From: Candidatus Bathyarchaeota archaeon | GTDB taxonomy: Archaea > Thermoproteota > Bathyarchaeia > Bathyarchaeales > Bathycorpusculaceae | Assembly: GCA_963811105.1 (NCBI GenBank) | Contig: CAWEPZ010000009.1 | Location: 96,001-160,000 of the forward strand | Direction: 5' to 3' | Length of the DNA stretch: 64,000 nucleotides | Shown: in pieces, positions 50,218 to 59,103 of the stretch | How the letters are laid out: each line of letters begins with the position of its first letter | Position numbering within the stretch: the first letter of the stretch is position 1 | Notes under the pieces: model-generated | What the model was told of the DNA's origin: nothing | Database searches by the model: none | What the model saw: only the letters and a program-made list of their open reading frames with translations | Translations under genes and position numbers: made by a program

Positions 50218-50535
50218 ATATAGCTAATATCACTCAATTATACATATAAAACTATCATTCTATCGAAAACCTAACATAGTTTTCACACAGTCTGTGTTGG
50301 GGTTAAGTCCGGTCCGACCTAACCTTTTTTTGGATTTTGTTGTAACGAGGGTTTAAACGACGGTGTCAAGCTAGCCCTCGGCACCAAATAACCTTAATTT
50401 GAGGTTATTTTGCAATATTGGGGATAAATTATAACTTTATGGCTGTTCTCCAAGGAGGGGTAACAAACAAACGGCAGATGGGAATCCACGCGTGCGAAGA
50501 TCCAAAAAAAGATTTGAGCGCGCAGTTGTTTACGC

Positions 50536-50970
50536 TCAATTTTTCTTACGGTAATTGACTGCTACTACTGCGCTGACGGCAATTACAGTTGCGAGCAAGG
50601 CGATTCCTAAGATAGTTAATGTATTGTCCGGTTGGGGTGCAGGAGCGATAAGTGGCGCGTTTTCATCGTTTAGGCTATCTTGAGTAGTGTAGAGTGTGGC
50701 GTTGTCATCGGGTGAAGCTGTACTATTGTCTTGGGCTCTATCTAAGGTTGAATTGTCGTCTGTTGCTGCGGTACTGTCGTCTTGAGCAGTATACAGGGTT
50801 GGATTTTCACTAATTAATCCACCGCCATTGTCGGTTGACGTTGAATCGGGAATTCGAGTTGGATCGATTTGAGCACTTGCACTCGAAATTGCAGTTGCAG
50901 ATAACAAGAACAATGTTAATACCGCAACGGTTAAGAATTTATTTTTCTTGATTTGTGATTTATTTTCCAT
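50536..50970 (-). CDS. surface protein with Asp/Thr-rich repeats, signal peptide and C-terminal TM anchor
   Basis: repeats TLYTAQDDST / TLDRAQDNST / TLYTTQDS. Confidence 0.8.
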   Translation of the reverse strand: MENKSQIKKNKFLTVAVLTLFLLSATAISSASAQIDPTRIPDSTSTDNGGGLISENPTLYTAQDDSTAATDDNSTLDRAQDNSTASPDDNATLYTTQDSLNDENAPLIAPAPQPDNTLTILGIALLATVIAVSAVVAVNYRKKN

Positions 50971-51189
50971 TTTTAACCGCCTATTCATCTAAGTGGAAGA
51001 ATGTTGAATTTAGCACCATGCATTAGAACACAACATCATAATTTTTGGAACGGGGTGTTCTAAACAATAGAACGGAGAATTGCTCATTCATCGTATCTTT
51101 TGACTTCCGAAAATGGACATTCGTCAACAAAAGTGAAAAATATTAAATACTCAATCAAAACATAAAAAAAGTCAAAGAGAAAAGTCAAA

Positions 51190-51885
51190 ATGGATTATTA
51201 CAGAAAGCTCGCAATAATTGCGGGAGTATTATTTATCATTTATACAAGTGGAGATATCCTAAGCTTCTTATTTACGGGACCTGTGTCGGCTCCGGATTAT
51301 CTTGTTAGTGTTTCTGCAAATAGAGGTCTAGTAGGAACAGGAGCCCTTCTTTTGTTCAACGGTGGTCTTTGCGCTTCTGGTATTGCAATTGCGCTATATC
51401 CAGTGCTAAAAAAATTCAATGCAGGGTTAGCTCTTGGAGCTGTTGGTTTCAGGATTTCTGAGGGAGTATTACGTTTTGTTACTGTGTCTGCCCTACTATT
51501 ACTAATAATATTAAGCCAGCAATTTGTACAAGCTGGAGCTCCTGATTCATCGTTTTTCCAAACCTTAGGCGTATTGCTAGTAGCAGGTTTTGAAAGCGGT
51601 TTTGGGTCGATACTGGCTTTTTCCATAGGTGCTCTGCTATATTATATCATATTTTATCGAACAAAACTAGTTCCTCGATGGATATCGGTCTGGGGTCTTG
51701 CTGCTGCCATATTGACCATATTATCATTCGTGTTAGCTACGGTCGGCCTCATCGCTCCTGGCAGTACGGAAGAAACCGTTTTGGCTCTTCCAATGCTCCC
51801 GCAAGAAATGGTTCTTGCGGTATGGCTGATAGCTAAAGGATTCAATCCATCTGTAATTGCTTCCAAGTCTCCTCAAGTGGAATAG
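51190..51885 (+). CDS. DUF4386 family membrane protein
   Basis: AIIAGVLFI, LYPVLK, LVPRWISVWG, EMVLAVWLIAKGFN. Confidence 0.88.
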   Translation: MDYYRKLAIIAGVLFIIYTSGDILSFLFTGPVSAPDYLVSVSANRGLVGTGALLLFNGGLCASGIAIALYPVLKKFNAGLALGAVGFRISEGVLRFVTVSALLLLIILSQQFVQAGAPDSSFFQTLGVLLVAGFESGFGSILAFSIGALLYYIIFYRTKLVPRWISVWGLAAAILTILSFVLATVGLIAPGSTEETVLALPMLPQEMVLAVWLIAKGFNPSVIASKSPQVE

Positions 51886-51997
51886 TTGAATAACCATGGA
51901 AACCCCAGCGTACCAGGAGTCATCTTGTTTTTATGATGAGGGGCGCACGCGCTCGGCGACAAGTGTTAAATAAAGGAAAAAGACATAAAGGCAAGTC

Positions 51998-52411
51998 ATG
52001 GGCGCCAAAACTTCAAAGCCAAATTATGCTAGCTTAATTACCAAAATTCTGATAGTTCTGGTCATACTCAACATTGCTGGGGACGTTTTAGCTGCGGCGT
52101 TTTTTCTGTGGGACCCTTCCTTAGGAGAGTTGTCAGTATACGGCGGTTTGATTGCAAGTTTTGCGGGAAAAAATGGTGCCGTTATGATAACAAGCGCCAT
52201 TCTTTTAGGCTACGCGGTGGTTTACGCTGTTTCTGTCTTTGGGTTGTTAAGTAAATTAAAGTGGGCACCGCCTCTGGTTATTGCCGTTTCGGTAGTGAAT
52301 CGCGCGCTTGCTCTGGGGGTTATTTTTGAGCCAAACGTTGCTTGGCTAATCTGGTCAGCGTGGAAACTCGTCATAATAGCTTTAGCTGGGTATCTTTGGC
52401 GCAAAATGTAA
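51998..52411 (+). CDS. four-TM membrane protein
   Basis: hydrophobicity pattern. Confidence 0.8.
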   Translation: MGAKTSKPNYASLITKILIVLVILNIAGDVLAAAFFLWDPSLGELSVYGGLIASFAGKNGAVMITSAILLGYAVVYAVSVFGLLSKLKWAPPLVIAVSVVNRALALGVIFEPNVAWLIWSAWKLVIIALAGYLWRKM

Positions 52412-52489
52412 TTTAACTTTTGGAGGCGCTCCCTGTTTGGGGAGAGTATCTAAACCGCATCTTAGTTGACCATTTCACCAATCATTCGA

Positions 52490-53428
52490 CTAAGCGGGCA
52501 AGCTATGCTGCAAAGTTATGACGACGTTTCCTTTTTTGTGCCCCGTTTCTACATAGCGGTGGGCTTCGACAATCTGCTCCAAAGGATACGTCCTATCGAT
52601 GACTGCTTTTAGTTTGCCTGCTTCAATTAGACCGCTAAGTGTTGACAAATCATTTGGCTCCATGCCCCCGTTCCCCCAAGTGGAGAGAAAAACGCCGTAT
52701 TCTGTCAGCGATCCCTTCGCCTTTGAACGCGAAATTTTGCCTACTGCGTCAAAAACCAAGTCATACCTCTGACCATTTTTGGCGAAATCTTCTTTGGCGT
52801 AATCAATCACAACATCCGCCCCTAAAGATTTGACTAACTCCAAATTAGCGGCGCTGCATACGCCGGTAACTTGTGCCCCGTAATTTTTAGCAAGCTGAAC
52901 GGCGTAAGTGCCAACGCTTCCCGACGCGCCATAAACAAGAATTTTCTGCCCGTTCTTGACGTTTGCTTTCCTAAGAAAAGCCAGCGCAGTCATACCGCCA
53001 ATGGGAACAGCAGCAGCTTCCTCAAAAGTCAAATTTGCCGGTTTCTTTGCGACCTCGATAACTACTCTTCCCACCACGTCTGTATCTGGAAGACAAATAT
53101 ATTCGGCATATCCCCCACCAAAACCGGTTGCAGCAAAGACTTCATCACCAACCCTAAATTTTTCTACACCTTTGCCAATTGTCTCGACTACCCCAGACAC
53201 TTCCATCCCAAGGACTTTATTTTTTGGCCCTGTTAAACCTAAAGCAAACCGGGCAGGGAGCCAAAAATGGGCTGGCACTTTGAAGCCTCGCATTCTTATG
53301 TCTCCTGCAGTCACGGTTGTGGCATTTATTTTCACCAGTACTTCATTGTCTTTTGGAACTGGTTTTTCTATTTCCTTGAGGTGAAGAACCTCTGGGGAGC
53401 CATATTTTTCGTATATTGCTGCTTTCAT
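52490..53428 (-). CDS. NAD(P)-dependent MDR/quinone-oxidoreductase-like dehydrogenase
   Basis: YGSPEVL, GASGSVG-x-YAVQLAK, GHKKGNVV. Confidence 0.93.
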   Translation of the reverse strand: MKAAIYEKYGSPEVLHLKEIEKPVPKDNEVLVKINATTVTAGDIRMRGFKVPAHFWLPARFALGLTGPKNKVLGMEVSGVVETIGKGVEKFRVGDEVFAATGFGGGYAEYICLPDTDVVGRVVIEVAKKPANLTFEEAAAVPIGGMTALAFLRKANVKNGQKILVYGASGSVGTYAVQLAKNYGAQVTGVCSAANLELVKSLGADVVIDYAKEDFAKNGQRYDLVFDAVGKISRSKAKGSLTEYGVFLSTWGNGGMEPNDLSTLSGLIEAGKLKAVIDRTYPLEQIVEAHRYVETGHKKGNVVITLQHSLPA

Positions 53429-53483
53429 TTCGATTACCCTTTATTGAAAGTTGATTTTTAACTTTAAAAGAAGAAGGAGAAGG

Positions 53484-53885
53484 CTAACCTTCCTGTTTAG
53501 GCCACTTCCATGCATACCAAACAATTAGTGCAATAAACACAACTTCTAAAATCTCATAAAATACATAATAAGCCCAAGTCTCTCCTGGTGCAAGCAGTGC
53601 AGGGACCAAAACACCAGCATAGACTATACCCGCAATGATGTTTACCCGGCGATTCACTTTAGCCGGCAATGCTAGAGACAAGAAAATCATAAAAATCGGA
53701 ATAGCCATTAATATTGCAGCTCCAACCAAAAATACTTGATTAAGCGCTTTTTCTCCTGATAGTACTTTCTCTACCATATCTTGCCTATAGGATCCGAAAA
53801 CATCGTTATATAAATAAAGAAACATTAAAGCTACCCATAATGTTGAAAGCTTTATCTTCACATTTATCTTCACATCTTCTAACAT
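53484..53885 (-). CDS. DUF6326-like membrane protein
   Basis: KLS-x-LW-x-x-x-MFLY-x-Y-x-D, NR-x-x-NI, IVWYAWKWP. Confidence 0.82.
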   Translation of the reverse strand: MLEDVKINVKIKLSTLWVALMFLYLYNDVFGSYRQDMVEKVLSGEKALNQVFLVGAAILMAIPIFMIFLSLALPAKVNRRVNIIAGIVYAGVLVPALLAPGETWAYYVFYEILEVVFIALIVWYAWKWPKQEG

Positions 53886-54093
53886 TGACTTATCTCTCTC
53901 CCCACATTGACAGTTAGGGGGGTATCTGTCGATTTGGATTTAAGACTTGTGTTTGAATACACTAAGAAAGGAAAGAAACTCTTCCCAGAAAATGTCAAGT
54001 AACTGCTTTTACTTACGCGTGTGAAAAAATTTCTGATTTACTTTTGAGGCAAAATACTATTATCCTTTAAAGTAATTATTCCTACATATCAAA

Positions 54094-55074
54094 ATGAAAG
54101 CGATTGTCCACACAAAATACGGTTCTTCTGATGTTCTTCGAACCAAAGAGGTAGAGAGACCTACTCCCAAGGATAATGAAGTACTGATTAAGGTTCAGGC
54201 GGTATCCGTTAATAGATCTGACTGGGAGGGATTGACAGGCTCACCTTTGTATGCCCGCTTTGGGGGTCTTCTTAAACCACGGTACCAGATACTCGGATCG
54301 GATATAGCCGGGCGAGTTGAGATGGTTGGCAGAAACGTCTCGCGATTTCAAACAGGGGATGAGGTCTTCGGAGATACCTCGTTTCGTATGGGTGGTTTTG
54401 CAGAGTATGCCTGCGCTCTTGAAGAAACCTTAGCGCTGAAACCAACCAGTATGACATTCGAGGAGGCAGCGACAATCCCACAAGGAGCTGTGATCGCTTT
54501 ACAGGGGATTCGAGATAAAGGACAAATCCAGCCAGGTCAAAAGGTTTTAATTAATGGCGCTGGCGGCGGCGCAGGTATGTTTGCAGTGCAGCTTGCTAAG
54601 TTATACGGGGCTGAGGTGACTGGAGTGGATAACACCGACAAGCTGGATTTTATGCATTCGCTTGGTGCTGACCATGTCATTGATTACATTAAAGAAGACT
54701 TTACCAAAAATGGACAGCAGTATGATCTGATACTTGATGTAGTAGCTAATCGTTCGGTCTTCGCCTATAAGCGGGCGCTAAGGCTCAATGGAAGCTATTT
54801 TGCTGTCGGAGGTTCTGCAGCTAGACTTTTCCAGATTTTGCTCCTGGGACCATGGATTAGAAGAACATCAGGCAAGAAAATACGGATCCTGGCGGTTCAA
54901 CCAAATCTAAAAGATTTGGTTTATATAACGGAGCTTTGTGAAGCCGGCAAAATCATCCCATTTATTGATAAACGGTATTCGTTAAATGAGGTTCCTGAAG
55001 CGCTTCAGTATCTTGGTGAAGGACGTGTCAAAGGAAAAGTTGTCATAATTGTTAAGCTTAACCTTGATCCGTAG
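54094..55074 (+). CDS. NAD(P)-dependent MDR/quinone-oxidoreductase-like dehydrogenase (paralog)
   Basis: GSDIAG, NGAGGGAG-x-FAVQLAK, GRVKGKVV. Confidence 0.93.
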   Translation: MKAIVHTKYGSSDVLRTKEVERPTPKDNEVLIKVQAVSVNRSDWEGLTGSPLYARFGGLLKPRYQILGSDIAGRVEMVGRNVSRFQTGDEVFGDTSFRMGGFAEYACALEETLALKPTSMTFEEAATIPQGAVIALQGIRDKGQIQPGQKVLINGAGGGAGMFAVQLAKLYGAEVTGVDNTDKLDFMHSLGADHVIDYIKEDFTKNGQQYDLILDVVANRSVFAYKRALRLNGSYFAVGGSAARLFQILLLGPWIRRTSGKKIRILAVQPNLKDLVYITELCEAGKIIPFIDKRYSLNEVPEALQYLGEGRVKGKVVIIVKLNLDP

Positions 55075-55270
55075 CTTTGTTGCCTTAGTCTTTATCGAAG
55101 TCCTTTCAACTTTTGGCAATCCAAGCAACTCCTATGTCTACCTTCTGATCGACACAGTAATGAACATTCCAAGGATCCTTAGCTCCTGGAATAGTTATTG
55201 GCTAACTATACACAAGGGCGTACGGACAAACCTAATTTTGGTCTGCGTTTTGAACCAGTTCGGGCATGGT

Positions 55271-55517
55271 GACGGGCAGCTTCAAACCTTGGTCAAAACT
55301 TAGGAAAATAGCCCTATTCAATGAGTCTCACCCCTGGGACTCATACCGTGTAGGGGGTAAGCCGGTACGACCTGCCCATGTTTTTTAGATAATGTAGTAA
55401 CGACGGCTTAAACGACGGTGTCAATCTAGCCCTCGGCACCAAATACCCTTAATTTGAGGTTATTTTGCAATATTGGGCATAAATTACAACATTATGTGCG
55501 CTCTGCAAGGAGGGTAA
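55271..55517 (+). repeat. module junction repeat 2 (right end, tRNA-like core 55429-55441, left end)
   Basis: GGGACTCATACCGTGTAGGGGGTAAGCC; AACGACGG twice at 55399 and 55411; core; then AATACCCTTAATTTGAGGTTATTTTGCAATATTGGG as at 50387 onward. Confidence 0.9.
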
Positions 55518-55659
55518 TGAGATATGAAAGAAGGAACGTTTCTGCTCATAGATTTTGTCGGAAAAGCAAAATAATGGTTGAAGCAAACAATATTGTTTGA
55601 CGATTGGAGGTAGCAGGTTGATTTCGGGGACAAGGGGCCTCCAAATATTTTTCTAAATG

Positions 55660-55929
55660 TTAGAGCATTTTTGAAAAGTCATCGTACACTTTGCTTCTAT
55701 GGCCGACAAAAAGAATGACTACTTGGTTTTTGTTTTGGTCTATTTCATAGATGACGCGGTAGTCGCCTACTCGTAGACTCCAGAAATCTGATTGTTTTAG
55801 GGGTTTTCCTATTTTGTCGGGGTTTTCACGTAGTTGTTTTGCGCTATCGATTATTCTGGTTCGGATGTGTTCTTCAGTTTTTTGGAGTTCTTTTGCTGCT
55901 TTAGGATGCAGAAGTACTTTGAAAGTCAC
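55660..55929 (-). CDS. RelE/ParE-family type II toxin
   Basis: A-x-KEL, L-x-ENP, SLRVGDYRVIY, VGHR-x-x-VY. Confidence 0.93.
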   Translation of the reverse strand: MTFKVLLHPKAAKELQKTEEHIRTRIIDSAKQLRENPDKIGKPLKQSDFWSLRVGDYRVIYEIDQNKNQVVILFVGHRSKVYDDFSKML

Positions 55930-56147
55930 TCTAGTTCCTCTATAGGAATGAGGGATTCTGGGTGTTGTTTTGCTTCTTCGCTTCGTTCCATGAGTGTGTT
56001 AAAGAAGTTGCATGTTTTTTCGCGTTCTTGGTAGTACGTGATGATTGATTTTATGGCGTCGCTTCGGTTTTTGAAGCGGCCTTCTGCTACCCATCCATCT
56101 ATTTCCTCGAGGGTTTTTTGTGGAAGACGTAGTTGTACTTGAGCCAA
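55926..56147 (-). CDS. ribbon-helix-helix antitoxin
   Basis: VQLRLP...ID-x-x-V-x-x-G-x-F-x-NRSDAI; 4-nt overlap with toxin. Confidence 0.9.
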   Translation of the reverse strand: MAQVQLRLPQKTLEEIDGWVAEGRFKNRSDAIKSIITYYQEREKTCNFFNTLMERSEEAKQHPESLIPIEELE

Positions 56148-56430
56148 ATATGTCGCCGTAAACAGTACTGTTTACAACTCACTTAAACGTTTCCTAAACA
56201 ACCATCCGAATCAGTCTTCTTAGCCCTTGAGATGCCTTCAACTGAGGTTCCATAGGAACTTTCAAGGATAACACAGAAACAAGAAATGGAGACATGGAGT
56301 TTTCTAACTATATTAGTCTTAGCTATAGTTTTGTCAGTGATTGCTATTGCGACAGTTGTAGTTATCTATAAAAAATTGAAACTCATGGAAGAGACCACTT
56401 TTTGCCTAATAATTAAGAAAACTATGATCT

Positions 56431-56576
56431 AAAATTAGGAAATAGCCTTATTCGGTAAGTCTTAGCATAGGGACTCATACCGTGTAGAGGATAAGCCCAG
56501 TATGACCTGCCCCTGTTTTTTAGATAATGTTGTAACGACGGCTTAAACGACGGTTTCAAGCTAGCCCTCGGCGCCA
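56431..56576 (+). repeat. module junction repeat 3 (right end plus core; distal island boundary)
   Basis: GGGACTCATACCGTGTAGAGGATAAGCC...AACGACGG twice...GCCCTCGGCGCCA; no left-end sequence follows. Confidence 0.88.
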
Positions 56577-56647
56577 TAACTTCTTCTGTTTCTGAGACGT
56601 TCACATTTATTTCTTCAATTTCACAAATCTGATAGAGAGGAATATGA

Positions 56648-57201
56648 ATGGAACTTAATTAGTGCATTAAAGGTGGAAGAAGCATTAGAGCTTATACGGC
56701 TGAACCAGTTTCGAAAGAACAAATTAACGCTACCTTGGAAGCAGGCATATGGGTGCCCAAAGCGATGAATAGACAGCCGTGGAAGTTCATAATCATAGAA
56801 GACAAGAAACTACTCAAGCTCATATCTGAGAAACTAAGATTTTAGTCAAGCAAATGATGCCTCGGTTAGCTAAAAATTTTTGCACTGAAGCGGATATTGT
56901 CTGTTACAACGCACCCGTGATCATATTAGTTTGCACAGAGAAGGATGAACAATGGATAACTTAGACGTCATCGACAGTGTTCTTGCTGCACAAAACATGT
57001 TCTTAAAGGTTTATGAGTTGGGGCTTGGAACATGCTAAATGGGCTTAGTTAACTTCCTAAAACCCAAACCTGACATTCTCAAAAAAAATTGGCGTTCCGG
57101 AGAATTATCAAATGATGGTACCTTTCATTTTAGGTCACCCAAAAACCAAACAAGGCACGGGAAAAAGGAAGAAACCAGAAATCAAAGAATGGCTGACGTA
57201 A
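56648..57201 (+). pseudogene. nitroreductase family remnant
   Basis: MELN-stop-CIKGGRSIRAY...NRQPWKF...NAPVII...LAAQNMFL...LGLGTC with stops and frameshifts. Confidence 0.85.
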
Positions 57202-57266
57202 AATCACCGCAAAAAATAGAGTCAGACAACGAAAGACTCGCATAAAATTCAATAATCGGAAGCCGT

Positions 57267-57842
57267 TCACTTTTTCTTTTCACCTTTCGGCATTACAATT
57301 CCATTACAAGGATCACCGTAAACAACTGCTTCGCCCTCCAAAAACAGTCTTCCAACATACGCACATGTAACTGCGTCAAGTTCATGATCGCTCATCGGGC
57401 TGTTTACCCCCTTAATTCCCAGGTTTTCTAAGCCTGCCCTAAGATTCTCAAGTCCTTTTTGTTTTCTCGGAATCCCTAAAACATCCTGTGCGCCTCCAGG
57501 ATAAACCTTCAGTGCAATCAAGTTTAGCTCTTCTAGAATATGCCGTAAATGCATTCCTCTTTTGGTTAGCTGTCTCATTGGACCCAAGGTGATCGGAAAG
57601 AACTTTATGCCTCTCTTGAGAAGCTCCCTATCGCATTCTCTTAGGTGGATACTTGTTCTTTCTTCTAGAGATTTTCTTCCAGGTGGCAGGCTTAAAGGGG
57701 CATCGATAGCAATTACTCTAGGTTTGATTTCTTTAATTTTTGAGAATATTTCCTTGTCTTCGTAGACCAAGCAAACTTCAGCTTTCATGTCTGTCAATTT
57801 ACAGAAACCTGTAGGTCTATTTTCGACACCGGCCAAATCCAC
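57267..57842 (-). CDS. DUF429 family predicted nuclease (true start probably slightly upstream)
   Basis: GVDLAG, IAIDAPL, R-x-CDREL, HELDA. Confidence 0.85.
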   Translation of the reverse strand: MDLAGVENRPTGFCKLTDMKAEVCLVYEDKEIFSKIKEIKPRVIAIDAPLSLPPGRKSLEERTSIHLRECDRELLKRGIKFFPITLGPMRQLTKRGMHLRHILEELNLIALKVYPGGAQDVLGIPRKQKGLENLRAGLENLGIKGVNSPMSDHELDAVTCAYVGRLFLEGEAVVYGDPCNGIVMPKGEKKK

Positions 57843-58180
57843 ACCAACAATTGAAACTACAAAAACCTCTTTTAAATTAATGAAAGCGGTCCAATAGCTG
57901 AATATTAAACAGTTTTCGTTTAGATTATTTAATATATCATCCTTTTATTTGGCTCTGCCATTTTGGCTTGGACAAAGTTGTTATTAATGTTTAAAAACTA
58001 ACGCATTTAATCAATGTTGGCTCACCGCAATTTGGCATCTTTGAGCTTCATTAGAGGCTGAAAATAATGGTTTTCATCATATGTTGCGTTAAAAAAGCGC
58101 TTTTCTATTCCTTTTAGAAGCAAGCTATAGAAAACGTTTTATGTTGATACATACGATAACATTCATTCAAAGGGATAATT

Positions 58181-58345
58181 ATGGCAAAATGCCCCACTTG
58201 TGGAAAAGAAGTTAAAACAGCAAAGAAAACTTGGAAAATGGCAGGTAAACCTGACAAAAAAGGAAAACGGACCCAGCTTACCATAGCACTCTACGATTGC
58301 TGCGGTAAAACTTTCCGTGAAGTCCTAGATAAGAAAAAGATCTAA
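58181..58345 (+). CDS. Cren7-like chromatin protein with zinc-ribbon cysteines (54 aa)
   Basis: MAKCPTCGKEVKTAKKTWKMAGKPDKKGKRTQLTIALYDCCGKTFREVLDKKKI; K-x-W-x-M...I-x-LY...GK-x-FR as in Cren7. Confidence 0.78.
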   Translation: MAKCPTCGKEVKTAKKTWKMAGKPDKKGKRTQLTIALYDCCGKTFREVLDKKKI

Positions 58346-58434
58346 GCACAACAAGCATACTTTCCGATTTTCTTTTTCTATTTTTTCTCCTATTAACCAA
58401 AGTCTTTTGGATGGCAATGAAACGTTATTGTTTG

Positions 58435-59103
58435 TTAAGTTATTAATGTGCAAACGGTTTCTTGCTTGTTTAAAATAGCCTCGACCCTTTCGGGATACAA
58501 ACCGTTAACCACAAAACATTCAATTTGAAACTGCAAAAGCAGTCTAGCCAAAACCTTGTCGACACTTGTTCGTTTTTCCATAGTTAACAATTCCTTGGCG
58601 AATATTCTTTTAAACAATTTAGCATCCGAACATTTTTTAGGGTCACAGGTAAAGATTCCATCAACATCAGTTACTAGAACAACTTTTCTCACGCTCAATT
58701 GGCGTGCAATGCAAATAGTAATAGAGTCAGAAGTAACATCCCACGAGTTTGCCAAAGGGTCTGAATTAAGCATAAAATCAGAGGGTAAAAAGACGGGCAA
58801 TTTACTCAATTCTAAAAGCTTCTGAACTTTTTCAAGCTTGTTTACAAGACAAGAATTTGAAATTAAGTCTGATACCACAAGACCATATTGATCCATGCCT
58901 AAAATTGCCATTCTATGGGAAGCTTTGCACGATAAGTTAAAACGTTTATCATAGTCCCTTGCTAAGTCAGCGAATTCTCCGCCTCCCGGTACCACAATCA
59001 GCTTATGCGTCTTACTTAATTCACTTAACTTTGTACATAATTCTCTTAGCTTTTCAGGGTATAACGCTAAGCTACCACCTATTTTTACTGCAATGGCGTC
59101 CAT
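58435..59103 (-). CDS. mfnE: [5-(aminomethyl)furan-3-yl]methyl phosphate kinase (amino-acid kinase fold)
   Basis: KIGGSL, PGGGEFAD, H-x-MAILGMDQYG, SWDVTSDSI; operon context. Confidence 0.88.
   Translation of the reverse strand: MDAIAVKIGGSLALYPEKLRELCTKLSELSKTHKLIVVPGGGEFADLARDYDKRFNLSCKASHRMAILGMDQYGLVVSDLISNSCLVNKLEKVQKLLELSKLPVFLPSDFMLNSDPLANSWDVTSDSITICIARQLSVRKVVLVTDVDGIFTCDPKKCSDAKLFKRIFAKELLTMEKRTSVDKVLARLLLQFQIECFVVNGLYPERVEAILNKQETVCTLIT

Larger units (their letters stand above)
48483..50294 (-). mobile_element. IS1182-family insertion sequence, 1812 bp, apparently intact
   Basis: 17-bp TIR CAGACTGTGT(A/G)AAAACT; TGTT duplicated at 48479-48482 and 50295-50298. Confidence 0.95.
48401..50463 (+). 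repeat. module junction repeat 1, split by the IS1182 (48401-48482 and 50295-50463)
   Basis: aligns with the uninterrupted copy at 55271-55517. Confidence 0.85.
41913..56576. mobile_element. composite island at tRNA-Phe: three tandem cargo modules, each ending in a tRNA 3'-end copy
   Basis: GCCCTCGGC(A/G)CCA at 41900-41912, 50374-50386, 55429-55441 and 56564-56576, with conserved flanks at the three downstream copies. Confidence 0.8.

Noticed and set aside
41913-56576. Canonical integron with attC sites
   Set aside because: No IntI gene and no RYYYAAC...GTTRRRY hairpins recognised between the cargo genes; junctions are tRNA-end copies instead.
56422-56604. ORF antisense to the junction repeat as a split integrase fragment
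   Set aside because: The frame is not preserved in the other copies (55271-55441, 50295-50386) and has no tyrosine-recombinase motifs.
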